Below, piece after piece: positions 1 through 11,689 of a DNA stretch of 64,000 bases. Below the pieces are notes generated by a model. The model made no database searches. It was not told the origin of the DNA and saw only the letters and a list, made by a program, of their open reading frames with translations. Both the position numbers and the translations under genes were made by a program. The stretch is from positions 1 through 64,000 of the forward strand of contig KV454017.1 in assembly GCA_001661245.1 (NCBI GenBank). Direction: 5' to 3'. Position 1 is the stretch's first letter, and every line of letters begins with the position of its first letter. The DNA is from Pachysolen tannophilus NRRL Y-2460 (taxonomy: Eukaryota).

Positions 1-137
1 CTCACACCACTCACACCACTCACACCACTCACACCACTCACACCGCTCACACCACTCACACCGCTCACACCGCTCACACCACTCACACCGCTCACACCAC
101 TCACACCGCTCACACCACTCACACCGCTCACACCGCT
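1..137. repeat. Telomeric repeat array, 15 x 9-bp units CTCACACC[A/G] (G-strand 5'-[T/C]GGTGTGAG-3')
   Basis: Perfect tandem 9-mers from base 1, with the C/A-rich strand at the left end as expected for a telomere. Unit order is A,A,A,A,G,A,G,G,A,G,A,G,A,G,G. Confidence 0.93.
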
Positions 138-1414
138 TCTTCTATTATTCCAAACATAGTTTCAAATTAACGTTTTGTTAATTTCCCCCAATTTTTGCTT
201 GATAATTTCTAATATCAACTTTCGATTCTCTTCTAACCTAAAAAACTCTCTAAAGTCTTAATCAATGATTATTTTTCTTGCGTCAATAACGCCTCTGGAA
301 TTTCGATCATCCGAAATAGTCGCCTTATCTAAAGCACATTCCTCATTTTAAATGTTCAATTTTCCTTTTCCTTCTCTTAAGCTTAGAACCAATATTACTC
401 ATCTTTATTTATCAACTTAGTCTCAATATCTTATTTATTAATTAATTCTATAATCTTCATTTAACTAGTATTAATTGTCTTTATTTCTATGATGTACACT
501 ACATTGATCTACATGCAAGATAAAGCAGTAAGAACCGTTAATTACTTAACGAGATCTAAAAATCTAGAAAAGATACATTGATGATTTTGTTTCGAACTAT
601 ACCATGTGCACCAATATTGAAAATTTTGGTTAGATATACATGACAATTCTCCCATGCCATATTTATTTCCGCTCTTATGAGAAAGTCAAACTGCAATACT
701 CCAACCATCGCACCTTCTTCACACCTTACACCACCACTTACATCACACACACCACCGTGTTTTTTTATTCAAATCTAAAATTTTCCATTTACATGTTATC
801 AATTATATCGACCTTGAATTGTCAAAAAACAATAAAGGTCATTTCAAACAAGTGTAAAGATGCTTCTATAGAAATCTTTATAACGTCATATTTTATTTAA
901 ATCCAGACACAACTTCTATTTATACACCGACGTTACTGTTTTAAACTTTTTTATATCTTTTTGCCCTTCGCTATTCATATCAGGAAGGACCGTGTGAATT
1001 GCATCCTTTTCTCGTTTAAGAATAATTATTTTGACATCAGTAACATTGCATTAGTCGTTGCTTTAAGTTTATTTCTGATAAAGTTTGTATTTGAGTGTAG
1101 CCAGTGCAGTACTCTGGTTTTCAACACTAAATTAAGATCATTTGTTCTGCATATATCTCTCCTATAATTTTTTAGAAAAGCTTGCTTGCAAATTACTAAA
1201 ACCTGTTTTAATTTCGAGGTGTTACTTCTAAAAAAGTTCTACTCTTTTTAAATTAGTTAAATTGATCTTCTAAATCTCAAAATGTTACCACTATAAAAAC
1301 GTATCTGGTAGTTGCCAAATAATAATAAAAAAACAAAAAAAAAAAAAAGGAGAAAACATAAAAAGAAAAACTTAAATTAAGATATAGCTATAAGGTAAAT
1401 GAAACTTTAGAAAC

Positions 1415-3055
1415 TCAAACTTCCTGAGTCAGAGTTTCACGGGTTAAATGTTCCTCAGATATACTACTGTTACTTAAAGCATCTGTGCCTGCATTCTCAA
1501 CTTTAAGCTCCGACACCTTATCATCAAATGTTTCTCCAACGGGAGGTAATTCTGGAATGTAATTCTTTGTTTTCCAAGCAGGAACTTTATCTTGCCACAT
1601 TTTGTCAATCTCTTCCAATGTTTTACCTTGTGTTTCTGGGCAATAGAAGTAAACATTAAAAAACATCACGACACAGAAAACACCAAAAATAATGTACGTC
1701 TTCCAACTAATATTGTGGAAAGCTGTAGGGACAAACATACCCAAGGCAAAATTGAAAATCCAGTTAACAGAAGTACATAAACCATTGGCTTTAGCTCTTT
1801 GTCTTGTTGGGAATAATTCTGAACAATAAAGCCAAATTCCTGGACCCCATGTAGGTGCATAACTAGCAACAAATAAATAAGAACAAGCAATAAGTGCTTT
1901 AGAAGCTTTTTTATTTTTGGTTGGAATGGATATTGTGATATTTTCATTACCATCAAAATCAGAAACAGGTTCAGAATAAACAGCTAAGATACCAGCAACA
2001 GCAAATTGGAAAGCAGTCATAAGCACAGCACCAACTAACAACAAAGGTCTTCTACCAATTTTATCAATAAATAGTAATGCTGGGATAGTCATAACAACAT
2101 TGATAACATATTGAATTGAAGATGCAACAAGATTTGCGTTACCACTATATCCAGCCATTTCAAAAATATAAACAATGTAATACATCATAACATTCATACC
2201 ACACATCTGTTGCCAAAGTTGAGTACTCATACCAACAAGTGTACGTTTGAAATTATATTTGTTAAACAATTCCATGTATGTAACATTTTTAGAGTCTTGA
2301 TCAATGAGAACTTGTTCTTTTATTTCTTTTAATTCAATGACTAATTGAGGATCATCTACCTCTTTACCATTGACTTTGGAAATAACTTCTATAGCTTTTT
2401 CCCAATGACCATGATTAGCCAACCAACGAGGGGATTCTGGTAAAAATGGAACTCCGAAAAATAAAAGCATACCTGGAATAATTTGAATTCCCCAAGCCAA
2501 TCTAAAACTACCAACACCATTAATAAAAGAACAACCATAACCTATATAAAACATAATCATAATACCAATTGTAACTGCCCATTGAAAGCAACCTCCCATC
2601 ATACCTCTTATTTTCTTTGGAGAAATTTCAGATATGTAACTTGGTGCAGTGGAAGTAGCAATACCAATACCTATACCGGAAATGAATCTTCCACATATTA
2701 ATTGTGCTCTATTTTGAGATGAACTTTGAATCAGTGCACCAATCATCCAAAATAAAGAAGACGTTTGTAAACTAACACGACGACCAAGTGGATCTGCAAT
2801 ATATGGTGTAAATAATGAAGCAACAAAGGAACCACCTGCCATCGATGAAGATATACCACCTTGAGTTATCGTATTTGGACTATTAAAATAACTCAAATAA
2901 TATTCCTGTGAAAGAAATGAAGAAACAGAAGAAATATCAAAACCAAACATTAAACCTCCAATTGTAGCAACTGCAGCAATTGCATACATATTGTAGGTTG
3001 TTGGTAACCTGTTATCATAAAACTCAGTTAAAATATTTGTTTGTGATTGAAACAT
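1415..3055 (-). CDS. HGT1: MFS sugar porter, high-affinity glucose transporter (HGT1/HGT2-like)
   Basis: GGLMFGFDISS, GRR, PESPRWL, QQMCGMNVMMYYIVYIF and PETQGKTLEEID motifs, about 12 TM segments. First ATG is at 3055 (the ORF track starts at a TTG). Confidence 0.88.
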   Translation of the reverse strand: MFQSQTNILTEFYDNRLPTTYNMYAIAAVATIGGLMFGFDISSVSSFLSQEYYLSYFNSPNTITQGGISSSMAGGSFVASLFTPYIADPLGRRVSLQTSSLFWMIGALIQSSSQNRAQLICGRFISGIGIGIATSTAPSYISEISPKKIRGMMGGCFQWAVTIGIMIMFYIGYGCSFINGVGSFRLAWGIQIIPGMLLFFGVPFLPESPRWLANHGHWEKAIEVISKVNGKEVDDPQLVIELKEIKEQVLIDQDSKNVTYMELFNKYNFKRTLVGMSTQLWQQMCGMNVMMYYIVYIFEMAGYSGNANLVASSIQYVINVVMTIPALLFIDKIGRRPLLLVGAVLMTAFQFAVAGILAVYSEPVSDFDGNENITISIPTKNKKASKALIACSYLFVASYAPTWGPGIWLYCSELFPTRQRAKANGLCTSVNWIFNFALGMFVPTAFHNISWKTYIIFGVFCVVMFFNVYFYCPETQGKTLEEIDKMWQDKVPAWKTKNYIPELPPVGETFDDKVSELKVENAGTDALSNSSISEEHLTRETLTQEV

Positions 3056-3460
3056 TTTTAACAAACTTCAATAAGAAATGAAAAAAATCTGAAAACTTGA
3101 TTAATTCCAATAAATTGAATTCAAATAGAAAGATGAAATTTTACAGCCAGTTGAACCAATTATATATCATTTTTAAAATCCATATTTTTCACCTAAAAAT
3201 AATGAAAAGAAAAACACCTTCTCTTATTATTATGATTCTGCATGTCTTTGAGTTTTAAAAAATAGATGATCAATAAGAGAAACAACAATACAATACCAGA
3301 AATAAAAAAAAAATCAAGTTGGTATATTTAACAACAATTGAATAATTTAGCAACTTGGCTGCATAAAAATGGAAATGAACTTACAGGTATACATGTTATT
3401 TGTTAAACAAGTCATAAAAATGCACTTATCTGTCTGCATCTTCATTTAAACGCAGGAAAA

Positions 3461-3877
3461 ATGTGTGGGGAAATGCATTAATTTCCCCGAATCACCTGTG
3501 CGAATGAAAAGGTTTCCATAATATGTCCATGGAAAAATTGTCTGATCATTTCTGGAAAAAGGCAAATTCTAGTTTGCTATTCTCCGCGTTTTAGAATAAA
3601 GTTAATAAATAAATAATATGTCATGGTACTAAACAAGTATCTTCGTATTATGTGCCTTTTTTTACTCATTTGAAACAAGAGTGACAAGTTTAGCGTCTAT
3701 AGTGTATGTTTTATTTATTATGTACGGCAAAAGATATGTATGACCTTTAGTACAAAATAAAACGGACATATTGAGTTTAATTAGTTTACGCATCCAACCT
3801 TTTCAACACCAATTGAAGTTGTTGATTGGGCTGAGACTGACCTTTATTTTTTTTTTTGGGTTATTTGGATTGTGGGG
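3461..3877. promoter_or_regulatory. Putative Mig1/CreA-type glucose-repression sites (GTGGGG at 3465-3470 and 3872-3877) upstream of the sugar transporter
   Basis: SYGGGG cores with AT-rich 5' flanks, 400-800 bp upstream of the ATG. Confidence 0.4.
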
Positions 3878-4114
3878 TACAAGATTGAAGAGATTTCTGG
3901 ACTTGTCATTGGTAGTACAGTTAATGGATCTTAAATCTGGTGGTTGAAATCTTATTACATCACGTCAGTACTTGAGACACTTTTAGGTGGTATTTTTTAA
4001 TTGTTTTAATGTTACATTTAATACAAACAGGGGAGTGAGTGAGTATTTTCTTTTCTTTTGTTTTTATGAAAAATTATCACGATATTTAATTTGAAAACCG
4101 TGGAAATAATTTAT

Positions 4115-5617
4115 TTATTCGTAATATCTAAAGTCTGTTAATATCAAGTAATTACTAGGTAATGAACTACCAGGACTTGGTAGTAAAATCTTACATCTTT
4201 CTCTAACATCATCACAGTGTAAAACGCATACAAATCCCATACAACTTGTTTCATTAATAATATTTTGTATGATTGAGAATTTGTTAGCAGCTTTATTATT
4301 TAAATTTCTTAAATTTTTAGGATCAACAATACTTAATATGGAGTTATTTAAGTTAGAAGATGACAGTTTTAAAGGAAGTAATTTTTGGAAAATCGACGAA
4401 TCTTCAATTTCTTTATGATCTTGTAAAAATAAAGATAATTCAAATTGATCTTTTTTAACATTAAAAGGTTTGAATAATATTAAATCTCTATAGCTTACAG
4501 AAATTGTATATGGTGATAAAGATAATTTTTCTGTACCATAAAAATATTCTCTAATACAACGTTGTTGAATCATTCTTAAAAATTGATCTTCTTTCTCATA
4601 ACAACCACTTGATTTCTTAACATTAATAATTTGAAACTTATCAACATCATTAGTTTTTTCTTCATTTAATTTTTTTAACTCCTGCAGTGAGAAATCTTCA
4701 TTTATATTTATTATTAAATTTATTTTAAAAAATTGAATAATTTGTTTAATTATATCAATTTGATCATTTGAAAAAACTGGTGTATCTACAATTATCCCAC
4801 TATTACAAACATCAATATCTTGTTCAATTCTTTTCATTACACTTTCAGATAATTTTTTAACAGTTTCCAAATATAAATCCAAATTCTCTGAAAAAATTTC
4901 TAATCCAAAATTTTCAACTAATGGTTGTTTTGGATGATAAAAATTTGATCCAGTAGTTCCTGTATCACCATAATTAATATTCTCAACATCAAAAATATCA
5001 GATATCGGAGTTGCCGTTAAGGTTCCTGGAATAGAGAATTGTGATTCTCGAGGATTAAGATTCACCAATATTGGCTGTCTCCCCATCTTGTTCGCATATG
5101 AAGTTAATATCTTACTCAATGATGATTTACCACTATCTTTACCACCCAAAATTAATACCCTAGGACCAATCACTTTCTTAAAATTTGGAATAAATGAAGA
5201 AGACCAATTAACTTTTGATACACCAATACGCTGATTTTCTAAAGCTGAATGTAAATTTAAATATTGTGTCATACAAGTATCCTGACTCACGTATTGTGAT
5301 GTTAATGTACCTTTATATTGTAATTTACAACCTTGATAAGTGAAAATACAAGTCCTCATAGCACCTTTCAATTTGATATCCACATTATTTGGTAACTCAG
5401 TTCCAAATATTTCAGCCATTCCTTCTGTAACTCTAATAATTATAGATTCATTATTAGCAATTTCAATTCTCCATTCTGATCCTGATGACAACTCTAATAC
5501 ATTGATCGATGTTGAAGATATAATCGTCCTATTTAAGTCATGCTGCTGTATTTGTTCATCTGATTGAACGAACCCATTCAAACTACTTTCATTCAAGCCA
5601 GGCAATACAGAAGACAT
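4115..5617 (-). CDS. CLP1: mRNA cleavage/polyadenylation factor Clp1
   Basis: EWRIE...GMAEIFGTEL N-domain, P-loop GGKDSGKS, PGTLTATPI, IREYFYG...LSPY. Adjacent to TUM1, as in S. cerevisiae. Confidence 0.93.
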   Translation of the reverse strand: MSSVLPGLNESSLNGFVQSDEQIQQHDLNRTIISSTSINVLELSSGSEWRIEIANNESIIIRVTEGMAEIFGTELPNNVDIKLKGAMRTCIFTYQGCKLQYKGTLTSQYVSQDTCMTQYLNLHSALENQRIGVSKVNWSSSFIPNFKKVIGPRVLILGGKDSGKSSLSKILTSYANKMGRQPILVNLNPRESQFSIPGTLTATPISDIFDVENINYGDTGTTGSNFYHPKQPLVENFGLEIFSENLDLYLETVKKLSESVMKRIEQDIDVCNSGIIVDTPVFSNDQIDIIKQIIQFFKINLIININEDFSLQELKKLNEEKTNDVDKFQIINVKKSSGCYEKEDQFLRMIQQRCIREYFYGTEKLSLSPYTISVSYRDLILFKPFNVKKDQFELSLFLQDHKEIEDSSIFQKLLPLKLSSSNLNNSILSIVDPKNLRNLNNKAANKFSIIQNIINETSCMGFVCVLHCDDVRERCKILLPSPGSSLPSNYLILTDFRYYE

Positions 5618-5780
5618 CTCTCACACCTCTATTTTACTGCCGCCTAAATTTATTGTGGGATTGTCCGCCTAATTTTTTTTTTTTTCTTTTCTAATTTTTT
5701 GCCTAATTTTTTTATTTCTTTTTTTTTTTTTCACTTTTTTAAATATATGGTAAAAGATAGCTTTACAATCAGTCATTGGA

Positions 5781-6680
5781 TTAATTCGACCGCTGGGCCC
5801 ATTCCGTCCAGCTACCGTCGTAAACTATATGACCATTTTTATTCAATCCCGCAACATCTAGGCATACTTTTACGATACAAGCAGTGACACCGGTACCACA
5901 CATGACTATTATTGGCTTGTCATCATTGATACCTAGTTTCTTAAAATGAGAAACGAGTTCTTGTTTTGAAGGAATTGTGTTATCTTGACCAAAAAGTAAG
6001 GTTCCAAATGGAACGTTTATTGCTCCTGGAATATGACCACTAGGTAAACCTGGTCTTGGTTCTGGTTGTTCTCCAGAGAATCTTGGAGCTGATCTAGCAT
6101 CGATTAAATAGTAGTTTTTAATATCACCAGATTGTACTAATTGGAGTAATTCTTCAAATAAAATAACTTTTGATTTTTGTAACCCAGTAGATGTGTACTG
6201 TGATCTTTGTAAGGAAGTTGGTTTATTTAAAGATGATTCATCTAATTCACCACCTTGTTTTAAATATAAAGGATAATGGTTTAAAATGTATATTTTATCC
6301 AAATCATGCCCAAAAATTTCAAACATCCATGATGTCCTGCAACAAGAAAATATACCTTGCTTATCATATATTACTAAATTATCATCTTTAACAATACCCA
6401 ATTTACTAACTTCATTGTTAAAATCTACTTCACTTGGTAGCATATGTGGGAACTCATTCTTATGATCTTTTACTTGATCAATATCAAAGAAAACAGCATT
6501 TGGAATTCTTTTACCTTGAAACTCAATAAACCCATTTTTTTTAACATTAGGCATATACCATGTAGAATCAATTGGAACAATTCTTCCTAAATTTTTTTTC
6601 AATTGTAAAGCACTAAATTCATGAGGAGATATAACATGATAAGCTCTAGTGATTTGTTTTAAAGGAGGTGCAATTGTCAT
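5781..6680 (-). CDS. TUM1: Tandem-rhodanese sulfurtransferase (3-mercaptopyruvate sulfurtransferase)
   Basis: DSTWYMPN, RIPNAVFFDID, FPHMLP, DARS..RFSGEQPEPRPGLPSGHIPGA, active site CGTGVTAC, YDGSWTEW. Confidence 0.93.
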   Translation of the reverse strand: MTIAPPLKQITRAYHVISPHEFSALQLKKNLGRIVPIDSTWYMPNVKKNGFIEFQGKRIPNAVFFDIDQVKDHKNEFPHMLPSEVDFNNEVSKLGIVKDDNLVIYDKQGIFSCCRTSWMFEIFGHDLDKIYILNHYPLYLKQGGELDESSLNKPTSLQRSQYTSTGLQKSKVILFEELLQLVQSGDIKNYYLIDARSAPRFSGEQPEPRPGLPSGHIPGAINVPFGTLLFGQDNTIPSKQELVSHFKKLGINDDKPIIVMCGTGVTACIVKVCLDVAGLNKNGHIVYDGSWTEWAQRSN

Positions 6681-6898
6681 TTTCCAGATAATTGATAATT
6701 TTGAATAAATCTTGAAAAACTACGTTTATAAATGTGGTATTTATATATTTGTAAATATATACTTTCTCATCTTTAACTGGTAAATTTACATACATTTATC
6801 ATTTATTTTTTTTATTACCTTGGAAGTTATAGAAACAGGCAACAAAATCAAAAAAAGAAAAGAAAATTAGTGGGGAATTTGTCTTACAATTGATGAAT

Positions 6899-7822
6899 CT
6901 ATATTCTTTCTAATAAAGCCCTTTCTAAAGCAGATTTATCACTCAATTGACTTAAAGAACTGTTCAGAGTATTCAGAAAATATGTATTTTTTTCTTGTTT
7001 ATTTTTCTTATCTTCAGATACCGATCCAGGTACAGAATCAACATCAACAACATTTGCAAAATCTTCTTCTTCATCATTCTCGTGTTTCCTTGTCAAGTAT
7101 TCCAAATCAGGAATATCTTGTTCGAAATAATTTTCATCTTCTCCATCATTTTCAAAATTTATATCATTTTGTGAAGAATGTGTAATGTACTTTGATCTAT
7201 GCATTAAAAATTCTGAAGACCTCAACAATCCTTCTGAACCTGAAAAATTATTTTCATCTTCATCTTCATCATCTTCTTCTTCATTCCCATCCATATCAGG
7301 TTGTATTTCATAATTTATTTCATCATCTTTAAGAATCTTGCCATTAAAATGATTTCTATACGTTGAATAAGACATAGGTGCCACTTGCACTTCTCCCTTT
7401 TTACTGCTTTCACCTTCATTTTCTTCATCTCCAACACGTTGAACCACATCTCTATAAACTTCATCTCCATTAGAAATTTTCAAAGATTTCAAATTGGCAA
7501 TACTTTCCTCATCCCGATCTGGTGAATTACCAATCTTAAATCCAAAACTTTCTTTACCACTTTTCAGCTCCACTTGAAATTCATAATAAATCCTAATCAG
7601 CTCCTGCTTTAAAAAACCCATAGAAACACCATACTCCTTACACAACTTATCCAAATCAACATCAATCTCTCGATTATTCAATCTATTAGTACTCAAAAGA
7701 AACTGCTGAAATTTATACCTTTTCTCACTAGACCAAACCTCCTCACCAAAACTCTTCACTATTGTCTCGCCCTTAAACTGACTCCTACTAATAGGTAACC
7801 TTATATAGATCTTATTAGTCAT
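6899..7822 (-). CDS. ATG29: Autophagy protein Atg29-like
   Basis: N-terminal IYIRLP..R..F...W domain, acidic disordered middle, C-terminal SSLSQLSDKSALERALL. First ATG is at 7822. Confidence 0.75.
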   Translation of the reverse strand: MTNKIYIRLPISRSQFKGETIVKSFGEEVWSSEKRYKFQQFLLSTNRLNNREIDVDLDKLCKEYGVSMGFLKQELIRIYYEFQVELKSGKESFGFKIGNSPDRDEESIANLKSLKISNGDEVYRDVVQRVGDEENEGESSKKGEVQVAPMSYSTYRNHFNGKILKDDEINYEIQPDMDGNEEEDDEDEDENNFSGSEGLLRSSEFLMHRSKYITHSSQNDINFENDGEDENYFEQDIPDLEYLTRKHENDEEEDFANVVDVDSVPGSVSEDKKNKQEKNTYFLNTLNSSLSQLSDKSALERALLERI

Positions 7823-8249
7823 TAACAAAATAACCCTTATCCATCCCTTTACGATAAAATGAACTCTCACAATTTAAATAAAACCCTAAACTCATCTCTC
7901 ATCTCTTATCCTCCAATCTCTCTTCCTTCATCCTTTAACGGGCCTTTCCTTACGGGCCTTTCCCTTTCCCTTTCCTTACTGAGGCCCTAAAAGCAGAAAG
8001 AAAGACAAAAACATTGGTCGTTCACTGTAAGTTCAATTTTCTATTTCAGGAAATTCTTTTCCAAATTAGTTTTTAACTTCCACTTTAGGAAATTGTGATT
8101 GATTTTTCCTAGTTTTTACCATTTTTGGACATTTATACTATTTTGCTGCCATAACCACTTTAATTTTAAAGTTATAATATAAATAGGTAAAAGAAGAATA
8201 AGAAGAAGAATCATATAAATCTTGTAGTTGGAAATTTCAAGTAGAGAGT

Positions 8250-11200
8250 ATGGATAAAGATCATTCCAATGGTAGTGGTAAAGTGGAGGAAAGTCATGGA
8301 AATGATGGACATAATGGAATTGATGGGAATGATGGAAATCGGGTAGTACCTGGGTTGCTTCGACATGCGCCTTCACAAGAGACGCTTGTATCTCGTGAGA
8401 AAGAAGGTGTTTCACCATCGTTGTCAATTAGAGTAGATGTTAATCTGGATGTTTCTGCTGAAGGGATTGATTCCTTTGCGTTATCTCCTAATGCTTCTGT
8501 TTCGTCTTCTGTGCATTCACCTTCGCTTAATGATGATTTATATAAAGTTGATTCAAGGTCTTTTTCAAGAAATCCATCTAGTACTTTAGATAATGTGAAA
8601 AATTTAAATATTGATCATAGAAGAAATTTTTCAATTGGTTCATCATCAATTTTTACTAGAAATAGTTTTGAAGAAGTTGGATCGATTTCATTGGGGGAAA
8701 ATAATGTTTCTACACGTAGTCTTTCACCATTAGGTCAAAATTCTATATTTGAAATTGTAACTGGTGCAGATAATTTAAGAAGAAAACAGGGGAAATTATG
8801 GTTAAGTGTTAATAATGGTACTACTACAATTCATATAAAAGGACCCACTATAAGAGATATACCACCAGTTCAATTATCAAAAATTGATAAAATTAACAAT
8901 ATTGAATTGAAAAATTATATACAAGCAATTAATGAAGATTATAAAGATTTTAATTCAAATAGAAAATTAACTCAAGAAACTTTAGAAAATTTGATGGAAA
9001 ATGAAAATGGTACTTCTAATGATGATTTACAAAATATTCCAGAACAATTTTTTAGTGAAGATTTCCATTTAGATGATCCTCGTACTTTTAAAGCTGTTAC
9101 TGAAAATTCAGATATTTTATTAAATAAAAATTATAATGGTGCAGATAATAATAAAGCATTAACAAATAATACAATTTTACAAGAAAAACTTTCTTGGTAT
9201 TTAGATACTGTTGAAATACATTTAATTAATGAAATTTCTAAATCTTCTGATTCATTTTTCAGTGCTTTAGATGATTTAAAAGAAATTACTAAAAGATCTA
9301 CAAATACAACAGAAGATTTAGCAAAATTAGATACTAAATTTGAACAATTAGATGAAACTCATGCACAAGTTGCTATTGATATAATGAAAAAAATTAAAAA
9401 AAGACAAAATATAGAAAAATTGGAAAATGGTTTATTACAAATAAAATTAATTATGGAACTTAGTGATACAGCAGAAACAGCTTATTATAATTCTCAATAC
9501 ACAAAGAGTTTAGATTTAATTGACTTGATAGAATCATTAATTAGAGGTTCAAATTCAAATGAAAATATAAAGCTGATTTTGGGTCAAAATGATAGATTTG
9601 AATTATATAACCTTCAAAATTTAGCTGCATTAGATAATTTGAGAAAATTATTACATAATTTGAAAGTTGATATTGGTAAATCATATACAAAATTGTTTGT
9701 TGGAATTTTATTTGATGATTTGAGAAATCATTATGAAAGTATTAAGAAACAAGATTCATTGGATAGAATATCTTATACTATTTCAAGGGAATCAAGAAAA
9801 ACCATCAACAAAACCCCTTCCATGCTGCAACAAATCGATAATTCATATCAAAAAATTGACGATAATTTTAAACAGGACATAAAAGAATATTTAGATGGGT
9901 TAATTAGATGTCATAAATTAATAGAATCATTTACTATTTATCGTGATAATTTAGTACCAGAGGTTAAAAGTATAATCCGAGAAAATTTACCAAATGAACT
10001 TATGATCAATGAAAATGATTCAACAACTTCATCTTCTAGACCACCACAGTCGTCAAGTGCTAGGTCTGGACAAAAATCAAGTAGTTTAGGTAGTAACTTA
10101 AGGGCAATGACACCTAAGGAATTTGAAGACATGTTAGTTAACATATATACAAAACTTTCTGAATGTTTAAGAAGATTAACAACCCATCAAAAATTTTTAT
10201 TAAATTTATCCTTAGACTGTTTATCAAATACAGAATTTTCTCAAGATGATCAATCCGATTTAATTATGAAATTAGATATTACACAATCAATTAATTTGTG
10301 CATTGAAACAATACAGATTAGAATGTCCAAAATTTTGATGACAAGAAGAGATCAGACAATAAATTTAAATTTAGAATTTTTCCTAAAATTTTATTCAATT
10401 AATGGTTTGTTTTTATATGAATGTGAATCCATAAGTGGATTCACAATAACAACAGTATTACAAGATACAGTAACCGATCAGACCAAATTATTTATGAATC
10501 AATATGGTAAAAACAGTTTGCAATTTTTAAACAGTTTTTTAGAAAAGGAAACTTGGAAAAGTATCAACTTGTCTTCATCTTTGCAAACTTCAGTTAACGA
10601 AATTTTAGAATCAGCAGATGAAGATCCTTCATCATGGCTAGATATAATGAAGTGGACCTCGAAAAATGAAAATGAAAATGAAAATGAAAAGACTGAACTG
10701 TCAGATACATCTTCTGAAAATGAAAGGAAAACTTTAATTGTTGACGATAAGTCATTTATTTTGCCTTCTTCTGTTAGCAATACTGTACAATTAGTTACTC
10801 ATTATTTAATTTTGAAAACAATTTTCCCACAGTATTTACATCAAATTGAAACCACGTTGATAGAAATATTAAAAGTTTACAATGATAAAGTTAATCAACA
10901 AGTATCAGGAGCAAATGCTACACATACTACCAATTTAAAATATATCACTTCAAAACATTTGGCAATTGCTTCTAATTTATTAGGATTTATGATAAGTTTG
11001 ATACCATATATTAAACGATCATTTGATAGAATGAAAAAAGTTGAAGATATAAATGATGATTTTGATAATTTGGCCAATGATTTCAAAGAACATCAATCTC
11101 AAATCTATACCAAATTAATTTCAATTATGAATGATAGACTTCTGCAGCATTGTCTGGAAATTAGAACTATCAATTGGTCAGAGCCTATAACACCAAATCA

Positions 11201-11504
11201 ATGTCATCATTATATGGAAGTATTAGTTAAAGAAACTACTACAATTGCTAAAGTCTTGTTAAAATGTTTACCTGAAGTTCAATGTTCATTAATGTTATCT
11301 CAAATTTTTGATAATTATAAGACTCAGTTAATTAATGAATATTCGAAATTAGAAATTAAGGATAGTATTCAAAAGGCTATCATTTTAAAAGATATTGATT
11401 ATTTCAGAGTTAACTTAAGCGATTTAATTGGTTATGGACAAAGTGGTCAAATGATTTGGGAAAGTGTTAATAATCTTAAAGAAACAGATCAACAAATTCA
11501 ATAA
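8250..11504 (+). CDS. VPS54: GARP complex subunit Vps54
   Basis: PTIRDIPPVQL, IPEQFFSEDFHLDDPRTF, LQEKLSWYLDTVEIHLINEIS, and the C-terminal Vps54 domain (GANATHTTNLKYITSKHLA). Confidence 0.93.
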   Translation: MDKDHSNGSGKVEESHGNDGHNGIDGNDGNRVVPGLLRHAPSQETLVSREKEGVSPSLSIRVDVNLDVSAEGIDSFALSPNASVSSSVHSPSLNDDLYKVDSRSFSRNPSSTLDNVKNLNIDHRRNFSIGSSSIFTRNSFEEVGSISLGENNVSTRSLSPLGQNSIFEIVTGADNLRRKQGKLWLSVNNGTTTIHIKGPTIRDIPPVQLSKIDKINNIELKNYIQAINEDYKDFNSNRKLTQETLENLMENENGTSNDDLQNIPEQFFSEDFHLDDPRTFKAVTENSDILLNKNYNGADNNKALTNNTILQEKLSWYLDTVEIHLINEISKSSDSFFSALDDLKEITKRSTNTTEDLAKLDTKFEQLDETHAQVAIDIMKKIKKRQNIEKLENGLLQIKLIMELSDTAETAYYNSQYTKSLDLIDLIESLIRGSNSNENIKLILGQNDRFELYNLQNLAALDNLRKLLHNLKVDIGKSYTKLFVGILFDDLRNHYESIKKQDSLDRISYTISRESRKTINKTPSMLQQIDNSYQKIDDNFKQDIKEYLDGLIRCHKLIESFTIYRDNLVPEVKSIIRENLPNELMINENDSTTSSSRPPQSSSARSGQKSSSLGSNLRAMTPKEFEDMLVNIYTKLSECLRRLTTHQKFLLNLSLDCLSNTEFSQDDQSDLIMKLDITQSINLCIETIQIRMSKILMTRRDQTINLNLEFFLKFYSINGLFLYECESISGFTITTVLQDTVTDQTKLFMNQYGKNSLQFLNSFLEKETWKSINLSSSLQTSVNEILESADEDPSSWLDIMKWTSKNENENENEKTELSDTSSENERKTLIVDDKSFILPSSVSNTVQLVTHYLILKTIFPQYLHQIETTLIEILKVYNDKVNQQVSGANATHTTNLKYITSKHLAIASNLLGFMISLIPYIKRSFDRMKKVEDINDDFDNLANDFKEHQSQIYTKLISIMNDRLLQHCLEIRTINWSEPITPNQCHHYMEVLVKETTTIAKVLLKCLPEVQCSLMLSQIFDNYKTQLINEYSKLEIKDSIQKAIILKDIDYFRVNLSDLIGYGQSGQMIWESVNNLKETDQQIQ

Positions 11505-11689
11505 AGAAAAGAAAGCAACAAAACAAAGTGTTATTAATTAATTACTTTAAAATTGGAAATATTATAAAACCCATAAATAATAATAAGAAAAAAAAAGAAA
11601 TCAACCTTTGTTGAATAAGAAGATTCAAATTGGGATCAAAAACTATATATATATATTTTTCTATTAAAAAAAATTGTCTTTTAAATTTT

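Noticed and set aside
556..1167. Small subtelomeric ORFs (64-86 aa)
   Set aside because: No recognisable motifs, and their size is expected by chance.
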